From assembly GCA_052426225.1 (NCBI GenBank), contig JBNJNM010000008.1, forward strand, positions 124,001 to 188,000: 64,000 bases of DNA, written 5' to 3'. Positions 11,846 through 23,680 of the stretch are shown here, in pieces (within the stretch, counting starts at the first letter, position 1; each line of letters starts with the position of its first letter). The notes below the pieces were generated by a model. That model did not search any database and was not told the origin of the DNA. It saw only the letters and a list, made by a program, of their open reading frames with translations. The DNA is from Zancudomyces culisetae HAW-14-8. Taxonomy: Eukaryota > Fungi > Kickxellomycota. Both the position numbers and the translations under genes were made by a program.

Positions 11846-14595
11846 ATGAGTAACACTATTCTCCTACCGTGTGCTAGGAGTAGATCTAGACTTTTATTTA
11901 GCAGAACTATAAATAAAAATTTACATACTTCAATATACGCTCAATCCAAAAAAAATCGCACCGAAAGGAAAGGCTTCAAGAAAGTTGAATTGTACGAAGG
12001 GAAAAGGTCTGAAAATAAAGCGAACAATGAAATATAGTAAGTCATAAATTTTGGTTACTTTATTCTTACTCATGTTTTGGGACCAGTTTTATAACTCTTT
12101 TGGGTAAACCAACGAGGAAAATTAGTTTAACTCACGGTTTTGCAGGTCATTACAATATTTACTTGAATTAAAACACACTGTTAACGTATTAGCGAGTTTG
12201 ACTATGAAGACGATATTGAAAAAGATATTGCGAGAGAAACAAAAGAAGATATTATTAAAGTGGATGAGGACGGCTTCAATGATATAAAGACAGGCAATTC
12301 GTTTATAATGACCGAGGAGGAATACGCAAAAGGCCTTGAAAACGAGCCAGAGTATGCTGTTAGAGGTACTGATGAGGTAAAATTCGGCAAAAAGTATATA
12401 GGAATGGTAGAGCTACCAAAATATTTAATTGAAGCAGCTGATGAGTATTTGGCGGGTAAGGGTTCATATTTTCCATAATTTATTCGACGTTTATCAGTAT
12501 CTGTGTATTAAAAAATTATACAACTTACCTTAACCGAATTGGTAACAAAAAAAAATAGATAAAGATAAAAAGCTGTTAAGAACTGATACTCTGAGAATAT
12601 TCGATTCACTAAGATCGTCAACACTATTGTTCTCGAAAAAAAGCAACAAAGTAGATGCTACCAGGCAGTATATTGATGAGAAAACATTTGAAATCAAGAA
12701 TAAAGAAAACTTACAAAAGACGAAAATATTTTCATTGCTATCAAAGGACGTACCCCTAAGACCTCATGTTTTAGAGTTTGGTGAGAGGGAATCTGCTGCA
12801 TATTTAGCCAGTAGATTTCCAGCAACATATGGTGTAGTGTATAACGTATTACACGAGCTAAAAAACCGGATTCCAGATTTTGTACCCAAGACAGTTTTGG
12901 ATTTTGGCTGCGGGCCAGCGACCAGTCTGTGGTAACAACCCAATTCCTATATATCTTTTGCGTATATATAAAACTTGATAAAATCCGACCATTTGACTGG
13001 TAAATTCTAGGTGTCTAAACGAGTTGTGGGGAGATAAGGTCGAAAAGTATCATGGGGTAGATGTCTCGCAGCAAATGCTAATGTTGGCAGAATCACTAAT
13101 ACAATGTAACATATACGTTTTCTTATTATATATAATATTTACTGTTCATGCATTCTTTATTTTGCGTGTATAACACTTGTTCGGACAAATTAATCTATGG
13201 GGAAAAATTGAATGTTTAAAAATAGCGGCGGGGCAGTCATTGGCTATAAAGAACACTTCGTTTGATCGCTACATCTCTCCAAAAAAGACGGGTTTTGATG
13301 GATATGACTTGGTGGTCAGTTCATTCACACTTTCCGAGTTGTTTAATGATGGACTTCGCAAGAGCTATTTGGAGAATCTCTGGGAAAAAACAGGTGATGT
13401 GTTAGTATTGATAGATAGAGGCAGTCCTGAATGCGCAAAGCATATTTCAGACGTACGAAAGTATTTTATTTCGAGGATAAAATCAGATTCTGAATCAGAA
13501 AACAGCTTTCATTTCCTAGCACCAGTAAGTACACACGCAGAGGAATTGTTCTTGTATTTATAATAAAACACTTGCCTCTGGAAATAAATCACTAAAACTA
13601 AATGGAACTCTACTATTTTATTCTATTTTATACAGTGTCCACATGAAAAGGAGTGTCCGCTGGAAAAAACCAACGATTTATGGTGTCATTTTTCACAGAG
13701 AATACAGCGCCCTACAATGACAATGAAGTCAAAGCACTCAAAATCGAATAGAGAGGATCTTAGATACTCGTATTTGATTATTAGAAGAGGAGCGAGACCA
13801 AAATCCAACACAATCCCTTACCAACAGAATGTTGTTTCTCCTGAGCTGGAAAATCACGAATCCGCCAATACTAATGATCTTAGCACCGAGGCGAATTTAG
13901 GTAATTTATCGATACTATCTTTTAAGCCATATCCATACACATTTGGCGTCTATATTACAATACCAGGATAATACATTCTTGAATTATTTCTTACAGTTCC
14001 GTTTACTTATACCTTCATTTCAAACATAAACACTTAGCAATCCAAGCATTTGATTGGCCACGAGTCATCTTACCAGCGATAAAAAGGGGCAAACACATAT
14101 TGGTAGATGTTTGTTCAACTTCAGGTATATGATCTCTCCTAAATTTCTACTACTTTATCCCTCCTACATTTTGCATAAAATTTCTTTTGTATTAAAAGTC
14201 GAGGTATGAGACGTTTGTAGAAGGTAGCCATTGAAACTTATTATTTTCTTTTTTTTAAAAAAAAACACCACGAATTGTATTTTACAATAGGGAACATGGA
14301 AAGAAGGATATTTACAAAGTCGTTTTCAAAGCAGTCGTTTAGGGATGCTAGGAAAGTGAATTGGGGAGACTTGTTTCCTCATGCTTATAAATCAAGCATT
14401 ACCAAGGTAGATATCGAAATGGAGAACGGAGATAATTCATCAGCACCTGGGGATGGAAATACTAACAAGCATACCAAAAACAAGGCTGTGGATCCTTCTC
14501 CACTTGGAGCGATTCCTATAGCAGATACTGCTTCACTATCGGTGAGGCAACAACCCTCTAGATTCATGAAGCATTTGGAAAAGAAAAAAAAGTAG
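11846..14595 (+). CDS. RSM22: Mitoribosome small-subunit assembly factor Rsm22/METTL17 (about 8 exons)
   Basis: AAYLASRFPATY, VLDFGCGPATSLW (SAM motif), YDLVVSSFTLSEL, spliced AP|CPHEKECPL..WCHFSQR, YSYLIIRRG, WPRVILPAIKRGKHILVDVC, FRDARKVNWGDLFP. Confidence 0.9.
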
Positions 14596-14610
14596 AATTG
14601 TCGATAGTTT

Positions 14611-17600
14611 TTATTGGAATTCGTACAAAATACACTTTAAATGGTCACTAGTCATTCTTAATGGGTTCTGAGGTAGCCATAAAACCGTTCTCAGTGGCTC
14701 CCATAGACAGGGGTTCAGGTATTGGTAATGAGCAGCCTCGTCGTAGTTTGTGATAACCTTTCTCGAGCATGAGCGGCAGTGTTTATTTTTAGCTTTGCTT
14801 GTATTCATGTCTTTTTCAGATCTGCTTTTTATTTTGTTTGAATTTCGATTTTGTTTAGACGTATGTGATCTTTTATTTATTTTTAGATCATTTGGAAATT
14901 CACTGTTCCTTACACCTTTATACCCATCTTGTTCATGAAGTCTATCAGAAATACCACTTGGGTACTCGTGAGCATCGCTGTTATAGTTTATATCGCTATT
15001 GGTGTCGCTGCAGATATTTTTGCCAAGGTTGCTAAATGGGTTTATATTGGAGGAAAAGTCAAAGTCTCGTATCAATATCTCACGGGCTAAGTCATCATCA
15101 CTATTAGTGGATGAATCTGAACCCTCAGTATTATTTTCAAAGTTTATTTCACCAGTGTACTCTTCCATAATGTCGCCGAAACCTTGAGGAATATTAATAC
15201 CTTCTTCAACCTCCTCAGGCAAACAATCGCAATTGAAAATATTTAGACGTTTATTCCTGAGCCTGCGTCGATCAGCCGGTTTTTTACTGTTTTCCATGAG
15301 ACCTAGTCCTCTCCCACCAATGCTTATTTGTGAATTAAAGTTGGTATTTTTTGCCCCAACTCTTTCTTTTATGTCCAATGTGTCGCTTTTAACGTTCATA
15401 AATTGATACCCCTTCGCCTTTTGAGCTCCAACTTCATCTTTTCTTGTGAACTTTTGCAGAACAGCATAAATGTTATCTGTACTTTGGTAATAAGATCCAA
15501 AATCATTGGCGTTGTTGTTCTTGCTAAAACCTTTGCTGGTTATTTTATACCTCTCATCTATAGACATGGATTTCCATATATGTTTTTTTTCATGTTGGCT
15601 GTTTCCGTTTAAGCTTGGTCTGTAGATTGCACTACCAAATATTCTGCTACAGGCCTTGATAATCCCTCTGTTCTCGCCAACATCCGAGCACTGTGCTGCC
15701 TTTTCCAAATCATGTTTATACGAAGAAACAAACTTATTTTCTTCAGCAGTACTTTTTTCTGTATAAAGCTTTTGAAAATTTGAAATGCCATTTCTGTTTG
15801 TAATAACAAAGTTGTTTTTGGGTATGACATTTTTGTTAAAATCGGAACTAGGGTTCTGGTTGCTGTCACAAATTTTAACCGAATTAGGATCTTCAATCGG
15901 AACTGGTAGCTCGAGATTGGATATGTCGCCGATTCTTTTCAAGTGTTGCACTTCATAATCAGACTTATGGCTTATTGTGGAATATTTTTTGAGGTTGTAT
16001 CTGACATCATTAGAATCATTTGAATGATTATTATCATCATTTTCGTAGTTAGACGGGTACAAGTAGCTGTTATAGGTGATTTTGTCATCTAGGGGGAATC
16101 CTCGATCAAGTATTTTGGTGTTTTCACTTGTGTTGAGCTGTTCTTTTCCTGCATCAGTATTAAAGGTGCTTTTAGGAACCGATGGCGCCTTGCTGTTGCT
16201 TTTAAACATGTCTACTTTGAATCCAGATAGGATTGGCGATATTTTTGTCAATTTTTGAGAGTTTTGATGAAGATCACAAATATATTGCGAATTATTGCAG
16301 GCGCTGCATGTAACTGCAACAATCTCGTTTATAATATCACAAGCTTCTGCTTTGCTTTTAGGGAATGGCACATCATTTCTCAAATCGACGCTACATACGC
16401 TTAATGGTCTCCTCTTGTTTGCGCGTTTTTTAAGAAGACATCTTTTGGGGTTGTAGTTACTATATTTCTTTTTTTGTTCTGGTAAGCAATCTTCTGACTT
16501 TGTAAAACCTGTTCTTCTATTAATCCGACATTTATCACTCGAACAGGCGTTGTTCATGACTAGCAAAGAATTTTCATCGTGGAGTAGCATTTTTCTTGTT
16601 CTATGGAATATGTTTTGTAGATATTTACCCATAATACTAGAATTTCCGGATATCCTGCGACAAGTGCATTGTTCAAAGGTGGAGTTTTTATGAGCAAGCT
16701 GTTTAGTTGGGTTCTCAGATACTAAGTTAAGTTTTGAAGTTGTGGTTTTGTTTCTAGAAAAAAGCTTGCTGTGTTCTTTTCTGCTCAATAGAGTCTTACT
16801 GCTCACAAAGTTCATTAAAGTCTTTGATCGATGTTTAATTTTTTTGTCCAGGATTCTATTTTCCAGCGCCTTTCTTGCTATACCTGTCTCGTTTCCTCGT
16901 ATCACTTCTAGAGGCAGCAATTTAATGCGAGGAATCCAATGCCTATCCAGATGTTTCATGAACACAATGATAATTACTAAAAGGGGTAAAGCCAAGCCAG
17001 CCTGTACAAATGAACGTTTGAATATCATCATCATTGAAAAAACGACAACAGCTGTAATCATTCCGACGGAAGCAAAATGAAGTATATGGATCCATAATCT
17101 TCCACCAGCCAATGAATCCCCGTGTGCAGAGATACCATTTCGTAGATCCGAGCTCATGTCTACAGAGCCACTTGACTCCACATATGCATAAGCAAATTGT
17201 TGCTTATACACAAGCAGACCTATTCCAAAGTAGAACACTGCAGCAATTACAACTATTGGTGAAATAAGAGCATATGTGAATGTTATCACCATAATTAGAC
17301 AGTGAGGAGGAAGAAAATAAAAGGCTGGAAAGGACCATGGTTGTTTAAATTTGTGAACCTTTCGTGGGGTAAGGTTATGCTTCTGACTGTCAGAAATCAG
17401 CGATATAATCAGTGGAATGCCCACTTGAGCAAGCTCGAGGGCGTGGGAAACAGTTGCAAATATTACATAATTGGCAAAAAACGCGTTGCCACTGGTTGCA
17501 ATTACTCGCGAGAGATTTTCCAACAGTGACAGCGGATTGCCAACCCAAGATATAAACGAGTTGTACACGGGCGGGCCTACGCAAAAAAATATAAAGACGT

Positions 17601-20193
17601 TTAGGTACAGCATGACAAAATGCCACACTATCACTGAATCATTTTGGAGTGCTTTGCTATAGGGTGCTTCAACAATTGTCAACAGCTTTAGTAGGTATGG
17701 AACCACAACCAGGGATGCCGATGCTAGTATAGCGGGCAGGTTATTGATTATCAATTTTTCTATCCAAGGGCTTGATATAAGCGCATTTTTAAAGTTTTGA
17801 TCTGATTCTAGGATTTTTGCAAGCGATGCTAGCTCCATAAGAAAGCCCATAGGAACAAGCCATATTACTATTATAAATCCTACAAAAGTGCTAACGAGGA
17901 GGTTTCTGAGTTTTCTTTTTTGGTTGGTTATCAGAAAGCCCGACCATAGGACATCATTAGGTTTTGGGGCTTCTTCCGATGTTAATTCTTTAATTCCAGA
18001 GGATACGAGCACTTGTGTTGCTATTTGGGCCGCAGTGGAGCTCTTAAATGTCACGAAAGCACTATCTGTAGAGTTTAACCAGCTTTTATCAATTTTTTTT
18101 TTCGCTACTAGCCTACAAAAAAGAACATTATATATCCATCTGCTTTTCTGAACCTTGCCATTATAACTCTCGGTAGCGTGCATCAAGTTTGTTTCACTGG
18201 CATCTCTACTCTGTACTCTTTCCTTTAATGCTTCGATTCGCAATTCTTTGATCTCGTTATCACATCTTTTTAGTTTTTCTCGAATATTTTTGATATCATC
18301 CCAATGTTTCAAGCTGTTATTTCTGAGGTTTCCTCCATAGTACTCAAAAAAGTAAAATAGTATATACAGTTCGTCATTTTCTGAGTCATTAGCCTGTAAT
18401 TCTCCTTTGTTTCCAAAGATTTCTTTATCGAGTTCCTGTTTTCGGATATCCTTCCCAATTATCCTTCGAATCCTTTCTTTAATTGCTATCCTGTGTTTTT
18501 GTTCATCCTCATTGAAACTATTCGGTTCTTCACCACATAAAATAGGGTCCTGGTATAGTCCAACTTCCTCTACTGCGCCCTTAAAATCTTTTTTAAGCTC
18601 AGTGAAATAATAGTACATGTTTTCCATCAAAACCAGCAGTGCGTCCCACACCAGGTAGGGATACTTTTTCAGCACCGCTTTTACGCCAGGTCTTCCAGCA
18701 GTTGTTCCTTCATTTGCTAAAAACCAACCCAGTAATATTAATGATTGTTTAAGCCTCTCTGTTTCCGGAAGCTGATCGACTAGCTTTTTTTTATCGTTTC
18801 TTGTTTGATTGCGGAGTTCATTATCAAAATTATTGCTTACAAAATAACTGTTTGGTTCATCAATATTATTAAATCCACAAGTCTCATCTGCTATATATAG
18901 CTCTTCCTGTGCTTTGCGGTAGTCTTTAGATGCGGCAATTGTGGCGTTTTCGTGGTTTTTTGGCTCTTGGATGGGTAGACTTATATGCGACACACAGTTG
19001 TTTTTTTTTCCATCCGCACCATCAGCGTTTTTAGCACATACTTCGTTTTTTTCATCACACACAGCTTTAAATATGAATCCCAACCGAACAAGTATCAGAA
19101 GCTGCTTAGCCAATTTGAGGTACAGTGTTTCTAGCTTTTCAACAACATTTTTCCGCTCTTTGACTAGCTTTTGTAGCCTTTCGTAATTTCGATTCACAGT
19201 AATACTTTCTACTTTTCCTAATCCTAAACTCTCAATGTAATTAAACAACTTTGTTTCGTTTCTATAACAGTCGGGTATTTTTTTAAGAAGTACTGTTCTA
19301 CCATAGACATTGAACCGATTGATTTGAAAATCCTTGTTGAATGCTTGCTCGATTTCCCTTGCCCCTACACTCATTTTTGCAAACTCTATTTTCTCTATTT
19401 TTTCTGGTGCATTGGGGGTTTCAAAGGTTTCCAAGAAATCTCCATATTCCTGTTTTTGAGGTAGTAGGGAAATGACGGGTTCCTTTGCAAATAGCTTGTC
19501 ATCATCTTTACTACGCATTACAGTTAACACATTATTATTGTCATTATTGATATTGTTGTTTGGATCGTCTTTTTCCCTCTCCATATTTATTATCAGACTA
19601 TTTTTGGAGCTACTCTGTTCGTCTATGTGTTCTATCCGATCCTCATTTAATACACATAGATTACCCCCAAGCTCCGCACGCAACTTTACATAATCCATTG
19701 TAGCTGTTAGCAGTCCCCTCATTGCAAACAATACAAACACATACAGCATAAACGTATGCATGTAGAACCAGGCCGATTCTGCCTCTATATTGTCCAAAGA
19801 GATGTTGTGAATTTCCCCTTTAAACCCCTTTTTGCCTCCTATTAGATTAATCGGTACTAAAAATATCGAAAAAAAAGTCCCCAAGAGTGCTAATTTCAGC
19901 ACTAATCTTAAAAATTTTAAATACATCACTGCATCAAGTCCGACGTTATTTATATAAAACTCCTCTGTAAACCTGAATGCATTTGGTATCCACCCGATTA
20001 TTCGATCCGACAGTCTTGGTGTAGGATTTCTCGCTAGATACACTCTTGGCGAATATAGATGCCTCAAGCTCTTCCTTCTCCTAAAAACTTCATACAGGCC
20101 TACACACGCTACTACCATCCCACCCGTGATAGAGAACTGTATTAGCACGCCGCTAATATCTCTTGAATATTCGCGCTTTTCAATTGTTGCCAT
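14611..20193 (-). CDS. CSC1/OSCA/TMEM63 (RSN1/PHM7) family Ca2+-permeable channel with large insertions
   Basis: LYSPR, GLDAVMYLKFL, RTVLLKKIP, AFVTF..AAQIATQ, EAPKPNDVLW, FFANYVI, ITFTYALISP, YKQQFAYAY and a terminal YLNPCL...LWLP motif; first ATG at 20193. Confidence 0.9.
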   Translation of the reverse strand: MATIEKREYSRDISGVLIQFSITGGMVVACVGLYEVFRRRKSLRHLYSPRVYLARNPTPRLSDRIIGWIPNAFRFTEEFYINNVGLDAVMYLKFLRLVLKLALLGTFFSIFLVPINLIGGKKGFKGEIHNISLDNIEAESAWFYMHTFMLYVFVLFAMRGLLTATMDYVKLRAELGGNLCVLNEDRIEHIDEQSSSKNSLIINMEREKDDPNNNINNDNNNVLTVMRSKDDDKLFAKEPVISLLPQKQEYGDFLETFETPNAPEKIEKIEFAKMSVGAREIEQAFNKDFQINRFNVYGRTVLLKKIPDCYRNETKLFNYIESLGLGKVESITVNRNYERLQKLVKERKNVVEKLETLYLKLAKQLLILVRLGFIFKAVCDEKNEVCAKNADGADGKKNNCVSHISLPIQEPKNHENATIAASKDYRKAQEELYIADETCGFNNIDEPNSYFVSNNFDNELRNQTRNDKKKLVDQLPETERLKQSLILLGWFLANEGTTAGRPGVKAVLKKYPYLVWDALLVLMENMYYYFTELKKDFKGAVEEVGLYQDPILCGEEPNSFNEDEQKHRIAIKERIRRIIGKDIRKQELDKEIFGNKGELQANDSENDELYILFYFFEYYGGNLRNNSLKHWDDIKNIREKLKRCDNEIKELRIEALKERVQSRDASETNLMHATESYNGKVQKSRWIYNVLFCRLVAKKKIDKSWLNSTDSAFVTFKSSTAAQIATQVLVSSGIKELTSEEAPKPNDVLWSGFLITNQKRKLRNLLVSTFVGFIIVIWLVPMGFLMELASLAKILESDQNFKNALISSPWIEKLIINNLPAILASASLVVVPYLLKLLTIVEAPYSKALQNDSVIVWHFVMLYLNVFIFFCVGPPVYNSFISWVGNPLSLLENLSRVIATSGNAFFANYVIFATVSHALELAQVGIPLIISLISDSQKHNLTPRKVHKFKQPWSFPAFYFLPPHCLIMVITFTYALISPIVVIAAVFYFGIGLLVYKQQFAYAYVESSGSVDMSSDLRNGISAHGDSLAGGRLWIHILHFASVGMITAVVVFSMMMIFKRSFVQAGLALPLLVIIIVFMKHLDRHWIPRIKLLPLEVIRGNETGIARKALENRILDKKIKHRSKTLMNFVSSKTLLSRKEHSKLFSRNKTTTSKLNLVSENPTKQLAHKNSTFEQCTCRRISGNSSIMGKYLQNIFHRTRKMLLHDENSLLVMNNACSSDKCRINRRTGFTKSEDCLPEQKKKYSNYNPKRCLLKKRANKRRPLSVCSVDLRNDVPFPKSKAEACDIINEIVAVTCSACNNSQYICDLHQNSQKLTKISPILSGFKVDMFKSNSKAPSVPKSTFNTDAGKEQLNTSENTKILDRGFPLDDKITYNSYLYPSNYENDDNNHSNDSNDVRYNLKKYSTISHKSDYEVQHLKRIGDISNLELPVPIEDPNSVKICDSNQNPSSDFNKNVIPKNNFVITNRNGISNFQKLYTEKSTAEENKFVSSYKHDLEKAAQCSDVGENRGIIKACSRIFGSAIYRPSLNGNSQHEKKHIWKSMSIDERYKITSKGFSKNNNANDFGSYYQSTDNIYAVLQKFTRKDEVGAQKAKGYQFMNVKSDTLDIKERVGAKNTNFNSQISIGGRGLGLMENSKKPADRRRLRNKRLNIFNCDCLPEEVEEGINIPQGFGDIMEEYTGEINFENNTEGSDSSTNSDDDLAREILIRDFDFSSNINPFSNLGKNICSDTNSDINYNSDAHEYPSGISDRLHEQDGYKGVRNSEFPNDLKINKRSHTSKQNRNSNKIKSRSEKDMNTSKAKNKHCRSCSRKVITNYDEAAHYQYLNPCLWEPLRTVLWLPQNPLRMTSDHLKCILYEFQ

Positions 20194-23100
20194 TGCTTCT
20201 AGACTAAATTGGGCAGTTTTAACCAACTAACACAAGCAAATCTGCCCAGCAACTTTGCTTTTTATTTGTTTTTTTTTCTCCCCTGTGCTTCCTGCTTTGC
20301 TAACTTTTACTTTTATTTATACTTACTATAAATACAACATTGATTTACAGGTTCAGTCCTATTATTTTTGGTGTAGTATATGTGCTCTAGTATTTAATAT
20401 TCCCTTCAAAGTATGATGTTGTATTTTAGTTATTTAATAGTCATAATGTTTCTGGAACACGTATACTTTGTTTTCGCCTCCCTATCTATTTCTTTTTCAA
20501 AATTGAGGATACTACCAGTGTTTTCGCTGTTCACCTACTATTTTTTTAAAAAATAAAAAACTACTTTGAAGGTAATATAAAAGCCTTGTTAACGTATATC
20601 TTTCCAATGTTTTGGTACTTTCTATGTCCCCGCTCAAGAATAAGTTTTGATTAAAGTGTTTATATTTCTATTTTGCTAAAGGGTTCGTGTAAATATACCC
20701 TAGTATTAAATATTTTTTCTCAAATTGTTGAGCCTAAATTATTAGAACTTAAAACTGGTGCCTTTTTTAACCGCACAATTACTACCAAATGTATATTTAA
20801 GCTTTTCTTATTGTTTTATATCCACCCTATCTTGAGAATAAACACATTTCGAGGATTTTTTTATACGAATAAGCGTATATTCTTTAATATTTTTCTATTT
20901 GGAATATGGTAAACAAAAAGGTTGAACCCATTGTTGGGAAAGCTAGAGGTAATAATGCTAACTTCAATCCCAATTAAACTTACAGTTATAGCAAGCTTAT
21001 TGTTCATGTGTTTGCCAATTCAAAAAAACTGCTTTTGCAAAATCACTTTAAAACGTTGTTGAGCTCAAGTCATTTACGATTTTTTTTCCCGTTGTACTAA
21101 AGCGCAATAATGGGTCTTTGGGCTTATTTCCCCCTTTTTTTGCTTGATCCGAAACATTGCACAAAGCTGAAATATCATTAGTATATAAAATGAGTAATAA
21201 GAGTATAGTGCTCAAATCTAAAACAATTAAATAACACATATTCAAATGTCTGCCCATTCGCCTAATGTTCTATTATTTTCCAATAAACATCAAAGAAACG
21301 CAGGTACGTCAGTAACCTTATCCATTCTCGCCTTTCTGCTTTTTACCCTTATTAAAGTTGCACCCACAACAACCCTCGCCTATCCTTTGTTTTATTATTT
21401 TCTCTTGCTATTGTGACTAATGGAATTCGATTGAAACGAGGTTCTCAAATCACCTCGGGAACTGATATTGAAGCGAGTATTACCAGAAGACGCCGTGAGT
21501 ACACCACCTAATTTATTCTCCATAACGGGAAAAAAAAAGTAAATGTGTACCTTTTCACGCTTACAGCTATTCCTTTAAATACACACTCTTGAAACATATC
21601 GTTTTTATTGGCCCTTTCTATGATTTTTTTTTTGGTTTTTATATTTTTCTCCCAATAACAAAAAATCTTGAAATAGAGCATTTATTTTTCTTAGGTTGTA
21701 AGGAGTTTAATTAATTCTATTCCACAAGTAAAGAATTCACTTGAGATTAGTAATATGCTTTTTCAGGGACTAAAGGTGTATGAGTAAGCTAAACTTTGTT
21801 CATCTGCAATCTCGTTTGCTTTCTTTTTTTGGGGGGGGAGAGGGGAGAGAGGAGAGGGAAGAGGGGGTTATTTTGCCTTGCCTCATTACCTCCCAGCTAA
21901 AACAATTAATAATTCATAAATGTATCTTCAGGCTTTTCGGTTTCTAACAGGTTCAATAACAGACGCATTTAAATCAATATGCGCGATACTAAAATCATTC
22001 GCCCAAGGTATATAGAATGGTTTTAAACTAGAATCAATAGCTTTTTCCATTACCTCCGCTTTTTTTATAGCAATATACAGCCATTAATTTTTATTTTTTT
22101 TTAATAAACTACGACCAAAAGATGTTTTAGAATATTGGTATTTATGAAAGAATAATAAAATTGTAGACCACTTAGAGCATAGTAAGTCCTGCCCAAAGGT
22201 TCCACTCCAAGCTGGGTAATATTTTGTATCAGATCCTCGACTTGGCAGGCGCTTTTTTTTTTCTTCAAAGTATTCCACAGAGAATGCTGGTGAAACTTCT
22301 AATGAATCTCGTGGTCAGTATTTCAATATATTCAGAGATGTTCATCTGTAAAGCGCTTGTGCATATATTCATAAAAAAAAAAGGTGTGAAAAAGTTAGGT
22401 GAGCACAGAACATTACACCTGACTATTTTGTTTTCTATTGAGCTTAGGATAATGTGAGTCCCTTCACGTATCATTCAAGTATCAACTCTGTTTACTTGGG
22501 GTGATCATGCTTATATATCAAACCTCTCATTATTTTTGGATAAAATGTATTTGGGAAAGAAACGTTCAAGCTATACACCTGGGTATATACAGTATGAGCT
22601 CACGATAGGTCTGTGTATGTCTATGTGTAGGTACGCGTGTAATGTGCGTGTTCCTATACTATTTATTTTTTATTTTTTCGGCTGCTTACTCTGAAGTCTG
22701 CTTGTACTCTTACTACCCAACATTTGGATACATGGTAGATGTACCAAAAATTATCTAATTTAAAAAAAATATTCAAGTGAAAAGGTAGGTAGAAGCACAA
22801 TCCAAAAACTCAGCTATGTTTGAACAGTTTTCTGGTAGATGTTTATAACGATGGTGATATATGTGTGCTATACCCAGGTAATGTCTTATGACCAAAGTAG
22901 TAATTATGTTAATTTCAAGGTCAACCAAGCCATTTCAAACCAACTTTCACAAACCCGATAACATTTAAAATCATTATCTTACAATCAGTTCTTGATTGTG
23001 TTTAACTGATTGTTTTGTTTTCTCTGTCGTATATATATAGCTAGATTTGAAAAAAAAGGTCCAAGGCGAACAAATAAATCCGTTGAGCTATAAAGTCAAG

Positions 23101-23680
23101 GAGAAGTCGATTATCAACACGTTTTTGCAAGAAATAAACAAAGTGTATTCGGCTTTGCATTTGATGAGCGTGTTTATATGTGTTTATTTTTTGAATGCGC
23201 CAGAGAAAAATATTGAGTAAATTAAGACCATGGTATATTGTGTGTCATCGTACTTTGATCCCAACCTTTACTGAGCCTATGTTTTTCAGATTAAGCATAA
23301 GTATGGTTGATGCAAATAAATATTCTAGGTTAGAAAGGCAGAGATATAGCCTAGATAACCATTTTTGTAGAATTGGTGGTCCAAGTCGGTTATACTATTA
23401 ACAAAAAACGTGTTGAGTATCTACCACAGACTCCGCCCCTGTCTTTAAGTGATCGAACCCTCTATATCCGGTCTTTAGCATATTTTTCTTGTCAAAAAAT
23501 TTTCCCAATTACAAAATCGGCTTGAAATGTAAAATATCAAAAAAAAAAGCATCAAAGTTCTGAAAAGGTTCTCGCTTTTCTTTTTTTTTTCAAACTGTTT
23601 CCACAAGATTATTTACTTTAGATTTTAGAGAAGTCTATTGAAATTTGAACATCGTAAAAAAGAGGAGGATCCGAGAAATA

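Noticed and set aside
21931-22007. Exon-like piece SITDAFKSICAILKSFAQ faintly resembling selenoprotein K, of interest because some early-diverging fungi use Sec
   Set aside because: Not hydrophobic enough, and I found no Gly/Pro-rich tail, terminal UGA motif or SECIS. No in-frame UGA was seen in any gene of the window.
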